From: a virus
Taxonomy: Duplodnaviria; Caudoviricetes
DNA length: 24,407 nucleotides
Virus record (IMG/VR): IMGVR_UViG_3300023435_000092
Span: 1 to 24,407 of that record
Strand: one strand, 5' to 3'
Shown: positions 1 to 8,818 of the stretch, piece by piece
Layout: every line of letters starts with the position of its first letter
Numbering within the stretch: the first letter of the stretch is position 1
Translations under genes and position numbers: made by a program
The notes under the pieces: model-generated
What the model saw: the letters and a program-made list of their open reading frames with translations, nothing else
Database searches by the model: none
Told to the model about the DNA's origin: nothing

Positions 1-662
1 ATAATTCTACAGATGGAAAAGCTTATTATTTACCAATTAAAGACGGATTATTACAAACATCTAATTCAGGAGACCTTAATGTTGATTCTACTTCAGTATC
101 TACTGAAGGATTAACAGGTAAAGTTTCGGGAGCAGATTTTACAACTGCATATTTAGCAGGAACTACTATTACAGTGGCTAGTTTACCATCATATCACGCT
201 ACATTTTTAGGTGATGATATTGTTACTATTGTTCAAATAGATAATACAGGTGCAGTGGTACAAACTTACAGTAGGGACGACGCAGTAATGACTGTGGCAG
301 CTAATGTAATTACAGTAACAGGCGCAGTATTTGCAGCTACAGATACATTTGTAATTTATACTAATATTAATAGAATGACATCAGAGGAAACACCAACTAC
401 TTTAACTGACGCAACTAAATCAGTAACTACAGCAGGAACAGCTGAAGCATTAGGTGCAAGTACAGGTATATCAAGTGTTTCAATTAAAGCAAATGCCGCA
501 AATACAGGAAATATTTATGTAGGTGGTAGTGGAACAAGTTCAGCTACAGGTAAAACTTTAGCAGCAAACGATTCATGTGATATAACTATTGCAAATTTGG
601 CAACGGTGTTTATTGATTCAGACGTTGATGGAGAAGGAGTAGGATTTATTTACTTCAGTTAA
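1..662 (+). CDS. Virion structural protein (beta-rich, fibre/decoration-like), 5'-truncated by the window
   Basis: Frame is open from position 3 to the TAA at 660-662, so the ORF-track start at 174 is not the true start. T/S/G/A-rich; C-terminal domain SVSIKANAANTGNIYVGG resembles small beta-sandwich phage structural domains; next to the fibre gene. Confidence 0.6.
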   Translation, partial: NSTDGKAYYLPIKDGLLQTSNSGDLNVDSTSVSTEGLTGKVSGADFTTAYLAGTTITVASLPSYHATFLGDDIVTIVQIDNTGAVVQTYSRDDAVMTVAANVITVTGAVFAATDTFVIYTNINRMTSEETPTTLTDATKSVTTAGTAEALGASTGISSVSIKANAANTGNIYVGGSGTSSATGKTLAANDSCDITIANLATVFIDSDVDGEGVGFIYFS

Positions 663-712
663 ATAACCTAATCGGTTATACGGTTTAATTCCGGTTATTG
701 ATAAATTTATAC
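662..712 (+). promoter_or_regulatory. Intergenic inverted repeats plus TATA-like box upstream of the fibre gene
   Basis: ATAACC-N5-GGTTAT (663-679); three CGGTT(A/T) copies at 673, 681 and 692; GATAAATTTATAC at 700-712; SD AGGTGA at 716-721. Confidence 0.4.
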
Positions 713-726
713 GATAGGTGATTAAA

Positions 727-3700
727 ATGGGAAATGTAAAAACAAACTTATGGCCACCTTTTAAAAGGTCAGGCACAAAAATTACACAAAGAACTGCTGG
801 TGATGTATTTGAGTTAACTGGAAGTACGGACGATGGTAGTACAGATTTTATTTTAGGTAAAGATAAAAATGGTGTTGAAACATTTTCTATTGATACTAAT
901 GGTGCGGCTGTATTTACGTCAATAAGTGGTGCAACATCAATATTTACAGATACAATTTTCTTAGCTGATGGAACAGCTGCTAGTCCATCTATGGCGTGGA
1001 CTAATTTTCCAACAACTGGTCTTTATAATAATGGTGGAAACCAAATAGCATTCGCAGCAGATGGTCAATTAGTTGCATATTTTACTTCAGGTGATGCTAG
1101 GTTTAAAAAGATAGTAACATTCAATGGAGGAATACCTCTATATATTGAAGGTCAAGAGACCGATACTTCTGACGCTGTTATTGCAAGAATAGGGAACTCA
1201 ACAGAATTAACTACAACTGGTAGTAGATTACTAGAACTTTATAATAATAATGTATATACAGATGCGTATCTTAAAGCTTATGTAGACTACAAAGGCGGGT
1301 TTATTGGATCTAATTTTGACACTCGTAACGATGATGCAACTGGTTCGGAATGTTTAAATGAGACAGATTTCGCTACTTCTACTGATTGGACTGAAGCGGG
1401 TGATTTTACTATTGCTTCTGGTTATGCTGAATATAATTGGACTACTGGTGCAGATTCAACAATTACTCAAGCTACAGGTGATTTGGCAATAGCATTAAAA
1501 GCAAGTAAATGGTATGTGTTTGAATATGATATTACTTATACAAATTCACAAGTTAATAACATAAAAGCAACATTACCTGCATCTGTATCTACTGAAGTTA
1601 AAACATTAACTGTTAATACAATAGGAACAGGTCGTAAGGTTTATTTTAAAACATTACATATACCTGGTGATTTTGTAATTAAGGTTGAAGACTTAGGCGT
1701 AACTGTTGATGCTGTATTTAGAATGGATAATGTAAGTGTTAAAGAAGCATTGGGCGGAGATATGAATGCTGCTAATGTAATTGTGAGAGATGAATTAAAT
1801 GCTGTAACTATAACAGATGGTTCATTAATTATATCTGATGGCAAAATAGTATCGTCTACTACTGTATCCGATGGAGAGAAAGCGGTTGAGTTTGCAATAA
1901 CTTCTAATGGATTGGGTGCTGATGAGATAGCATACGGTGATTATAAAACTATTATTACTGATGCTAGTGATGACGCGTCCTCATTAATATTCGGGGATTA
2001 TTATAACTTAGATAAAACAGCTGGTGGTAGTGCATTCAATGTAGGTGTTGTATTTACTGGTGATGACTGGGATCAATGTGTAACCTCTCTTAACCAACAG
2101 CTAACTATAAGTAGTATAACCACAGTTTCAGGAAACGGGGACGACATAAAAATGGAGACTGCCGATGCTGATACTTCGGGATCTGGTGGTAATTTTTATA
2201 TTAGTCTAGGTGACGCTGCAACAAGTGGAACTGGTGGAAGTTTGTATATTAAACCAGGAACTGGCATATCATTAGGTGATGGAAACATTGTTGCTTGTTG
2301 GGATACAACAGGAAGTTCAGCAATAGGTAATTTATTTGTGGGTACTAATACTCCTGGCGATTCAAGATTTATCAGTTCTGCAAGTACTAATGACGGAACA
2401 ACTTACGCAGGGTTATTCCAAGATTCAGATTTCGCTAATGTAGTAACGATTAATAGTAATGGTGATGTAGTTATATCTGGTGACTTAACTGTTAATGGAA
2501 CTACTACTACTATTGATACTACAACTTTATTAGTAGAAGATAAAAACATAGAAATTGGTGTAGTTGGAACACCTAGTGATACAACCGCCGATGGTGGTGG
2601 AATTACACTAAAAGGTGCAACAGATAAAACAATAATATGGGATAACACTAATGATAATTGGACTTCTAATCAACATTGGAATCTAGAAACAGGATTAGAT
2701 TATAAGATTAATAATGTAAGTGTTCTTAATGCAACTACCTTAGGAAGCTCAGTAGTTAATTCAAGCTTAACAAGTGTGGGCACATTAGGAAGCTTGGCTG
2801 TAACCAATGGTATAACAGCGAAGAACTTAACTCTTACAAGTACGTTAACTAGCGAAGATTACTTACTTAGTAATACAGGAACATCTTCTGGACTAGGTGC
2901 TGACGAGATGGCTTATATTAATAAGTATAAAATAGTAACAGCAGCTGGTGATGATGATTCTTCAATGATGTTCGGTAGTTATTACGAATTAGACCAAACA
3001 GCTGGTGGTAGTGCAGTTAATGTAGGTATTGTATTTACTGGCGATACTTGGGATAATTCTATTGTAGCTTTAGATCAAGATTTAAATATAGCAACAGTAA
3101 CAATGTCTTCTGGTAACGCTAATGCTATTGTATTAGAAGCAGCAGATGCAGATGATACAGGCAACGGTGGAAATGTAAATATTAAACTAGGTGCTGCTGA
3201 TACTCAAGGAGACGGTGGAAACTTATACATTGAAACAAATGCAGGTGCTGGAACAGGTGTATCTAGTAGTGTTATATCTAATTGGAATTTAGGTGATAGT
3301 GCTGCTTATGGTAGTTTCTATATAGGTAAGAATGGTGGTGACGGAACAAGCAGATTATTCGTTGCTGGAACTACTAACGATGGAACTACTGATATAATTA
3401 ATTTAATGGATAGTGATTATAGCTCAGTTCACACAGTAGACACTAATGGTCGTGGATATTTCGCAAGTCAAGTTAAAATTGGCGGAGATTCAACTTTCGG
3501 TAATGAATTATTTCATATAGCTTCTGAAACAGATGCAGATATGATTTTGGAACATGTCAAAGATGACGGTAACCCTTTATTTATATTTGATAGAGCAAAA
3601 GGAGATTTAACAACTAAAGCAATAGTAGGTGATGGCACTATTATTGGCTCTGTTGTAGCGCATGGATATGATGGCGTTGCTTATAGAGATGCAGCCAATA

Positions 3701-4110
3701 TTAGATTTGAGGTAGATGGTACACCAGCTGCTGATGATATGCCTGGAAAAATAATGCTTTCAACTTCACCAGCAGGAGCAACACTACCAGTAGCTAGGCA
3801 AACAATATATCAAGATGGAACTATGGAGTTTAATTCTGTTAAAGATAAAACATTTTCGGTAAGTATTGCCGATGATGGTACTATTGTTTTACCTACAGCC
3901 GTGTTTGGAATGTTAGAAGTATTTACAGATGCAGAGTATATGCACGTTTATATAACGGTAGATGGAACAGTAACAAGCGTTTACGCATCTACCAATACAG
4001 CTACAACCGATAGTGATACTAATTTATGTGTATACGATGGCGGAACAGGAGCAGTAATTAAGAACAGATTAGGTGCTACAAAAACAATTAAATATAGGTT
4101 CTTATATTAG
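727..4110 (+). CDS. Long tail fibre / receptor-binding protein with an internal ~200-aa duplication
   Basis: About 1127 aa from ATG727 (SD AGGTGA). G/T/D/S-rich; fibre motifs DGTAASPS...TGLY, GDLTVNGTTTTIDTTTLLVEDKNI and VDGTPAADDMPGKI. Confidence 0.75.
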   Translation: MGNVKTNLWPPFKRSGTKITQRTAGDVFELTGSTDDGSTDFILGKDKNGVETFSIDTNGAAVFTSISGATSIFTDTIFLADGTAASPSMAWTNFPTTGLYNNGGNQIAFAADGQLVAYFTSGDARFKKIVTFNGGIPLYIEGQETDTSDAVIARIGNSTELTTTGSRLLELYNNNVYTDAYLKAYVDYKGGFIGSNFDTRNDDATGSECLNETDFATSTDWTEAGDFTIASGYAEYNWTTGADSTITQATGDLAIALKASKWYVFEYDITYTNSQVNNIKATLPASVSTEVKTLTVNTIGTGRKVYFKTLHIPGDFVIKVEDLGVTVDAVFRMDNVSVKEALGGDMNAANVIVRDELNAVTITDGSLIISDGKIVSSTTVSDGEKAVEFAITSNGLGADEIAYGDYKTIITDASDDASSLIFGDYYNLDKTAGGSAFNVGVVFTGDDWDQCVTSLNQQLTISSITTVSGNGDDIKMETADADTSGSGGNFYISLGDAATSGTGGSLYIKPGTGISLGDGNIVACWDTTGSSAIGNLFVGTNTPGDSRFISSASTNDGTTYAGLFQDSDFANVVTINSNGDVVISGDLTVNGTTTTIDTTTLLVEDKNIEIGVVGTPSDTTADGGGITLKGATDKTIIWDNTNDNWTSNQHWNLETGLDYKINNVSVLNATTLGSSVVNSSLTSVGTLGSLAVTNGITAKNLTLTSTLTSEDYLLSNTGTSSGLGADEMAYINKYKIVTAAGDDDSSMMFGSYYELDQTAGGSAVNVGIVFTGDTWDNSIVALDQDLNIATVTMSSGNANAIVLEAADADDTGNGGNVNIKLGAADTQGDGGNLYIETNAGAGTGVSSSVISNWNLGDSAAYGSFYIGKNGGDGTSRLFVAGTTNDGTTDIINLMDSDYSSVHTVDTNGRGYFASQVKIGGDSTFGNELFHIASETDADMILEHVKDDGNPLFIFDRAKGDLTTKAIVGDGTIIGSVVAHGYDGVAYRDAANIRFEVDGTPAADDMPGKIMLSTSPAGATLPVARQTIYQDGTMEFNSVKDKTFSVSIADDGTIVLPTAVFGMLEVFTDAEYMHVYITVDGTVTSVYASTNTATTDSDTNLCVYDGGTGAVIKNRLGATKTIKYRFLY
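1900..3450 (+). repeat. Intragenic duplication: copy 1 ~1900-2460, copy 2 ~2881-3450
   Basis: GLGADE...LDxTAGGSAxNVGxVFTGDxWD...TNDGTT occurs twice. DNA aaacagctggtggtagtgca occurs at 2015 and 2996 (offset 981 bp). Confidence 0.9.
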
Positions 4111-4118
4111 GTGATTAA

Positions 4119-4268
4119 ATGGGACAAAAATATGGTAATAATAATATAAAAGTTTCAGAAGATGGTTCTGCTAATGATTATATAACTATTGATGGTTGGC
4201 ACGATGCTGGTGTAGACAAAAATATAGTAAACGGATACGAAACATTTGTATCAGTAGAGAAAATATAA
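4119..4268 (+). CDS. Small hypothetical protein (49 aa, MGQKYGNNNIKVSEDG...), absent from the ORF track
   Basis: SD AGGTGA before ATG4119; open to TAA4266-4268; fills the gap after the fibre gene. Confidence 0.65.
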   Translation: MGQKYGNNNIKVSEDGSANDYITIDGWHDAGVDKNIVNGYETFVSVEKI

Positions 4269-4282
4269 TAGTAGGGATTAAT

Positions 4283-4582
4283 ATGGATATGGAGAAGTTT
4301 GTAATGACACAATTTGATAAAGTAGACAAAAAACTAGATACAGTAGTGAAAGGTATAAACGATCTAAAAACAGAAGTGCGAGTAACAAACCAAAAAAATT
4401 GTGATGATCACGAAGTTTTTAATGGAAGAATAGAAAAAGTAGAAACTAAAATTAAGATCCCAATTACTTCTAATACCTTCATTTCAAGTTTGTTAGGGCA
4501 AACACCCGTACATAAATTAATTAATATAGTATTCATGTTAGTTGTTATTGTAGGTGTATTTTTAGGAATAAAATTTATATAG
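4283..4582 (+). CDS. Coiled-coil protein with a C-terminal TM helix (holin/lysis-associated-like)
   Basis: Likely start ATG4283 (MDMEKF); heptad-like N-terminus; hydrophobic C-terminus LINIVFMLVVIVGVFLGIKFI; lies after the fibre genes. Confidence 0.55.
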   Translation: MDMEKFVMTQFDKVDKKLDTVVKGINDLKTEVRVTNQKNCDDHEVFNGRIEKVETKIKIPITSNTFISSLLGQTPVHKLINIVFMLVVIVGVFLGIKFI

Positions 4583-4591
4583 GTGATTTAA

Positions 4592-4819
4592 ATGGTAGTA
4601 AAGAAATTTGATAATAGTATAACTATTAAAAAAGTAGGTAAAGCCATGGCTGCATTATTAGTTGGTGGATTGGCTAGTTACGGATTTAATTTAGATTCAC
4701 AAATCGCTATGTCTGCAAGTGTATTAATTTTGTTAATAGCTGACAATGTACTTAAACATAAATATAAATTTGATTTAATTGAATATATAAAAAAATTAGT
4801 TTCCAGAATAAATTTGTAG
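4592..4819 (+). CDS. Putative holin (2 TM segments)
   Basis: 75 aa, two hydrophobic segments, basic C-terminus, SD AGGTGA, last gene of the structural operon. Confidence 0.5.
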   Translation: MVVKKFDNSITIKKVGKAMAALLVGGLASYGFNLDSQIAMSASVLILLIADNVLKHKYKFDLIEYIKKLVSRINL

Positions 4820-4846
4820 GTATTTTTTTACCTATACTTTTTTTTA
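4817..4846 (+). terminator. Terminator between convergent operons
   Basis: TAGGTA-T6-TACCTA hairpin followed by a T8 run, at the junction of the + and - gene blocks. Confidence 0.6.
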
Positions 4847-5038
4847 TTATGGAGATTTATATTGTGACTGGTTAAAACTAGTAAACCAATTTGGTTCTTT
4901 GACACGCCATCTATAAGTAAAAGCATATTCTATTGTATTTTTATCTATTACTCTGCCTATATCATAGGCCACTAACAGACAACGTTCGAAATTGTCTGCT
5001 TGTAACTTTAATGATTCACGAGTTTCGTTAGGGAACAT
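4847..5038 (-). CDS. Hypothetical protein (63 aa)
   Basis: ORF track; SD AGGAG upstream; last gene of the leftward block. Confidence 0.55.
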   Translation of the reverse strand: MFPNETRESLKLQADNFERCLLVAYDIGRVIDKNTIEYAFTYRWRVKEPNWFTSFNQSQYKSP

Positions 5039-5043
5039 AATAT

Positions 5044-5265
5044 TTACTCCTTTAGTTTTTTACCACATCTAGGGCAAAAATCTATATTACTTGTTATAGA
5101 TTTTTTATTTCCATTTTTATCTTCATATAGTATTGTATAAAATACAATGTCTTCTGTGACATTAGATCGTATTATTTCTATAGATTCATTCCAACCTTCT
5201 TTAGCATCTCGTTTATTTATTTGTTTAATCCTGTCACATTCGTGTATTTCATAATCTTCACTCAT
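5044..5265 (-). CDS. Small Zn-ribbon-like protein
   Basis: HEC ... FCPRCGKKL motif; starts 2 bp after the chaperonin stop. Confidence 0.65.
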   Translation of the reverse strand: MSEDYEIHECDRIKQINKRDAKEGWNESIEIIRSNVTEDIVFYTILYEDKNGNKKSITSNIDFCPRCGKKLKE

Positions 5266-5267
5266 AT

Positions 5268-6776
5268 TTACGCATCCATTCTTCCCAATAGTATATTATT
5301 TATCCTTAAAATAGATTTTGTTACTTCCATCGCACTATTTAAAGCTTGTACTTTAATTAATAATGGTTCTATTACTTCTGACATATCAGCCGCTGTTCCG
5401 TTCATTACATCTATGCCTACATTTGTGTTGTTCTTATTCTGTGATCTTGCCTTTAAGAATGTTTCAAACTGATTAGATCCTGAACTTGTAGCTAATGACA
5501 TTGGTATAATCTCAATAGCTTCAGCTAATTTCTGTATTATTAATTGTTCAATACCCTCAAATTTTAATGCGTAATCTCTTAGTTTATTAGCTACTGCTAA
5601 CTCACAAGATCCTGCACCAGTTAGTATTAAATTACTCTTCTTAATTGAATCTACAACTTTAATAGCGTCCTCTATGCTTCGTTCCATTTCTTCTATGAAA
5701 CTATTATTAGTACCTCTAATAATTATTGTTCGTGCTTTAGTGTTTTTATTAGTTATTTTAGCGTATTCTTCACCGTATTTATTGACAACTTTAAAACTAC
5801 CTACACCTAATTGAAAAGGGTTTAAATCTTTAATACTATTAACCACACTAGCACCAGTAATTTTAGATATATGTTCTAAGTCTTCCATCTTAACTCTCTT
5901 AATACATGATATTCTTTCTTTTGTTAAGTAGTCTTTAACAATATCAGACACCATTCCGTTACATAACACAACGTCAGCACCTATTTTTTTAATACTAGAT
6001 ACTATTTCCCTTGACAATAATTCTTCTTGATCCATATAAGTTGATAATTGGCTAGGGTCTGACATATTTATATCAGGAACTTTAACTACTAACTCTCTAT
6101 TAATTAATAAAAAGTGCGCTACTGGTTTATCTTTTGACATATCTTTATGTATTAATTCCTTATCAATAACAAATCCTTTTACAGTTTCAATTTCATTAGC
6201 GCTTGATCCTTTAATAGTACAAGTAAATGTGGTATCCTTGCTATCAATATTTCTAAGTGCTGCTGCTACATCCTTAAATAATTTAGGTTTACCTGCAATC
6301 TTACCTGTTAATGTAGTCTTAACTATATTCTCTATATCTTCATCCTTAACTTTACGAGATAATTCTTTATAATATTTAATTGCTTCATCAATACCGATCT
6401 CGTAAGTATCAATAATCTTCTGTGGGTGTTGGTTATATGGTGACTTTCTCAATTCTCCAGCTTTCTTTAGTAAAGCACCTGTCAATACTATTGAACTGGT
6501 AGTCCCGTCTCCTACTTCTTCATCCTGTGTTCTAGCAATATCAACTAACATCCTAGAAATAGGATTATCAATATTAAGTTTTTGAATTATAGTAGCACCG
6601 TCATTAGTTATTGTTGATTTATCTGAACCTTGGAATAAAATTAGTTTGTCCATACCTTTTGGACCTAGTGTTGTTGCTAACTCATCAGCTGTAGCTTCTA
6701 CAACCATTGAATTTTGTGTTAAAGCATCAATACCACGAGCTTGTGAATTGATTGGTTTTGCATTATTTTCTGTCAT
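5268..6776 (-). CDS. ths: Group II chaperonin (thermosome subunit)
   Basis: TLGPKGMDK, TITNDGATI, QDEEVGDGTTS P-loop, ERSIEDA catalytic Asp, GAGSCEL, VIEPLLIK; apical SDPSQL...EE protrusion typical of group II rather than GroEL. Confidence 0.95.
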   Translation of the reverse strand: MTENNAKPINSQARGIDALTQNSMVVEATADELATTLGPKGMDKLILFQGSDKSTITNDGATIIQKLNIDNPISRMLVDIARTQDEEVGDGTTSSIVLTGALLKKAGELRKSPYNQHPQKIIDTYEIGIDEAIKYYKELSRKVKDEDIENIVKTTLTGKIAGKPKLFKDVAAALRNIDSKDTTFTCTIKGSSANEIETVKGFVIDKELIHKDMSKDKPVAHFLLINRELVVKVPDINMSDPSQLSTYMDQEELLSREIVSSIKKIGADVVLCNGMVSDIVKDYLTKERISCIKRVKMEDLEHISKITGASVVNSIKDLNPFQLGVGSFKVVNKYGEEYAKITNKNTKARTIIIRGTNNSFIEEMERSIEDAIKVVDSIKKSNLILTGAGSCELAVANKLRDYALKFEGIEQLIIQKLAEAIEIIPMSLATSSGSNQFETFLKARSQNKNNTNVGIDVMNGTAADMSEVIEPLLIKVQALNSAMEVTKSILRINNILLGRMDA

Positions 6777-6850
6777 ATATACACCCCTTACCTACATACC
6801 AAAACATTTATATACGTCTTGGATATAATAGGTAAAAGTAATATATATAC

Positions 6851-7054
6851 TTATCGTTTAATTCCTAGATACTTTTTGATTTTTGTAGAGAAATTATCTT
6901 TACATAATTTTAGCTTTGTATTTTCTTTATAAAGCTCACCATATTTTTTATGTAAATCTTGATATTCTTGTAAATTTACTAATTTTACATATGTTGATCC
7001 TATATCTATTTCTCTATTAAGATATTTTGTATCTATTCTATAAAACTTAAGCAT
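6851..7054 (-). CDS. Hypothetical protein (67 aa)
   Basis: ORF track; tightly packed in the operon; SD-like AAGGAA. Confidence 0.55.
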   Translation of the reverse strand: MLKFYRIDTKYLNREIDIGSTYVKLVNLQEYQDLHKKYGELYKENTKLKLCKDNFSTKIKKYLGIKR

Positions 7055-7055
7055 A

Positions 7056-7355
7056 TCATTCCTTCTTTTTTTTAGGTGTTACTGATTTACTTAATAATTT
7101 TTTTGGTACTTGTTTAGGCACTTCCACTAATTCAAATGTTTTCAAGTCTTTACTAAAACTTATATTATATTTTTCAGTGTCAATATCATTCTCACCACAT
7201 AGTTTAGCAAATAACTCCTGTCTAATGTGATTTAAACCTTTTATAACAAATTGTGACTTAGCTATAATTGAGTTGTGCTCATTAAATAATTGAAATAAAT
7301 TATTTAATTCAACTTGTTCTGATTGTTTTAATGCGTATATTTTGTTTTCTACCAT
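7056..7355 (-). CDS. Hypothetical helical protein (99 aa) with a basic C-terminal tail
   Basis: SD GGTGA upstream; ORF track. Confidence 0.7.
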   Translation of the reverse strand: MVENKIYALKQSEQVELNNLFQLFNEHNSIIAKSQFVIKGLNHIRQELFAKLCGENDIDTEKYNISFSKDLKTFELVEVPKQVPKKLLSKSVTPKKKKE

Positions 7356-7375
7356 TATATCACCATTTTTATTTT

Positions 7376-7427
7376 AAAAATGCGATAGGGTATATTAGTT
7401 TTTTGAATAAAACTAGCTCCTACCACA
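7376..7427 (-). terminator. Long hairpin plus U5 tract on the minus strand
   Basis: UGUGGUAGG pairs with CCUAUCGCA (2 G-U pairs, valid only on the - strand); inner UAGUUUU/AAAACUA stem; followed by UUUUU. Confidence 0.6.
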
Positions 7428-7428
7428 A

Positions 7429-7629
7429 TCACTTCCTATTTTTAACCTTAACAACTTTTGGTGTTTTTGCTGCATAATATATTAAGTAAAATAATGCTCC
7501 GATACCTGTAAGAAATAACCATGCTAAAAATGCAAACCAGTTAAATTTCTTTTTAGACATGAACGTGTATATCTTAGTTTCTTTTACTATACTATAACCG
7601 TCCATAATATATTCGTCTACTTCACTCAT
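7429..7629 (-). CDS. Small membrane protein
   Basis: KKKFNWFAFLAWLFLTGIGALFYLIYY hydrophobic hairpin; TAATG coupling to the upstream gene. Confidence 0.7.
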   Translation of the reverse strand: MSEVDEYIMDGYSIVKETKIYTFMSKKKFNWFAFLAWLFLTGIGALFYLIYYAAKTPKVVKVKNRK

Positions 7630-8360
7630 TAAATCCTCTCCTCTAACATTTCTTTAACTTCTTTCTCTAAGTAATCACATTCAATAACCCTAGAACCTGT
7701 CTTGCTTAGGTGTACTAAAAATAAATCTCTTACCTTAATACCCCATTGTTCTAATAAATACTTATACATTGATAGTTGTAAACAGTATTTGTTATAACTA
7801 TTATCTACTAAGTGTTTAATTGGTCCTTTTAATTTGTTATTATACTTATCATTAGCTACTATATATTCATTTGTTTTCCAGTCGCCCAAAGAAACAGTTC
7901 CATCACTATTATAAATTATAAAGTCAATCTGTCCAGCAACTTTATAACAATCTGAATATACTATAGGTTCTGTGCATAATAATTCACAACTCTCTAATAG
8001 TTTTTCAGTAAACATTATTCCATTCATTGCGTGTGGGTACTTTTCTGTTTCATCTCTATTAAGTAACCGACCGTAGTCCATATTTTTTTCTAATAGTTCA
8101 TGAACTGCAGTGCCGTAACTACACGCCTTATCACGTTTCTCATTCCATCTGTTTTTCAAAGCGTATTCACTAATATTTTCCTTATAAGCACACGCCTTTA
8201 GTATTTTACCATCGGGGTCAAACTCATTTGCATACTTTGATATAAGTGTTGTAACTGATATAAACTCCTCAGCGGCAAACCTATACACATGATCGTCCTC
8301 TGTGAAGTTAATTTGTTTCTGTTTAAGTTTGATAATATGTTGTATTTCTTTTTTATCCAT
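7629..8360 (-). CDS. PD-(D/E)xK RecB-family exonuclease
   Basis: SVTT, GTAVHELLE, TE...AGQID...GDWKT and QLSMY motifs; no Cas4 C-terminal Cys cluster. Confidence 0.85.
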   Translation of the reverse strand: MDKKEIQHIIKLKQKQINFTEDDHVYRFAAEEFISVTTLISKYANEFDPDGKILKACAYKENISEYALKNRWNEKRDKACSYGTAVHELLEKNMDYGRLLNRDETEKYPHAMNGIMFTEKLLESCELLCTEPIVYSDCYKVAGQIDFIIYNSDGTVSLGDWKTNEYIVANDKYNNKLKGPIKHLVDNSYNKYCLQLSMYKYLLEQWGIKVRDLFLVHLSKTGSRVIECDYLEKEVKEMLEERI

Positions 8361-8818
8361 TATTTATCACTTCCATCTTTCCAAAAGATACTTTTATTTA
8401 AATATTGTTGCTGTCGTTTATCATCCCAGCAATCTATTCTACTTAAATTACTTAATCTATCAGCGAATTTTAATATCATCCCACGCTTTGTTTTAAGTCT
8501 AGGGAAATAATATCCGTACTGATCTTTGCTACCTTCATGTGTTACTTCCATTACTAAATCAGCAACATCCTTATTGAACTCTTTAACAAGCTCCTCATAG
8601 GTGGTGTCTGTGTCTTCTATCGTATCGTGTAAATATCCTGCTGCAATTAAATTATCGTCCCAATCATAAAATAAACTATTTAATGAATTTAATATATTAC
8701 CAACAATATAACAGTGTTTATTAAAATAACTATCTTCGTTATCTGGATCACTATCATCAACTTGACCACGATGTTTTTTAATAGCAAATACATATGCTTT
8801 ATCTACTAATTTACTCAT
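8360..8818 (-). CDS. Stand-alone HD-domain hydrolase, RelA/SpoT HD (Mesh1/SAH)-like
   Basis: AYVFAIKKHRGQ, YFNKH, AAGYLHDTIEDT, EFNKDVADLVMEVT and LKFADRLSNL match the SpoT-type HD signature. Confidence 0.85.
   Translation of the reverse strand: MSKLVDKAYVFAIKKHRGQVDDSDPDNEDSYFNKHCYIVGNILNSLNSLFYDWDDNLIAAGYLHDTIEDTDTTYEELVKEFNKDVADLVMEVTHEGSKDQYGYYFPRLKTKRGMILKFADRLSNLSRIDCWDDKRQQQYLNKSIFWKDGSDK

Noticed and set aside
1900-3450. DGR template/variable repeat pair in the fibre gene
   Set aside because: Both copies are coding and diverged at all base types rather than only adenines; no reverse transcriptase in the window.
4196-4282. N-terminal extension of the 128-aa ORF from TTG4196
   Set aside because: Overlaps the better-supported 49-aa ORF; ATG4283 has an SD-like site.
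7056-7355. Prefoldin partner of the chaperonin
   Set aside because: Has an N-terminal helix and a possible hairpin but no second long helix; no recognisable prefoldin motif.
7629-8360. Cas4 or a CRISPR-associated system
   Set aside because: No four-Cys Fe-S cluster motif, no other cas genes and no repeat-spacer array.
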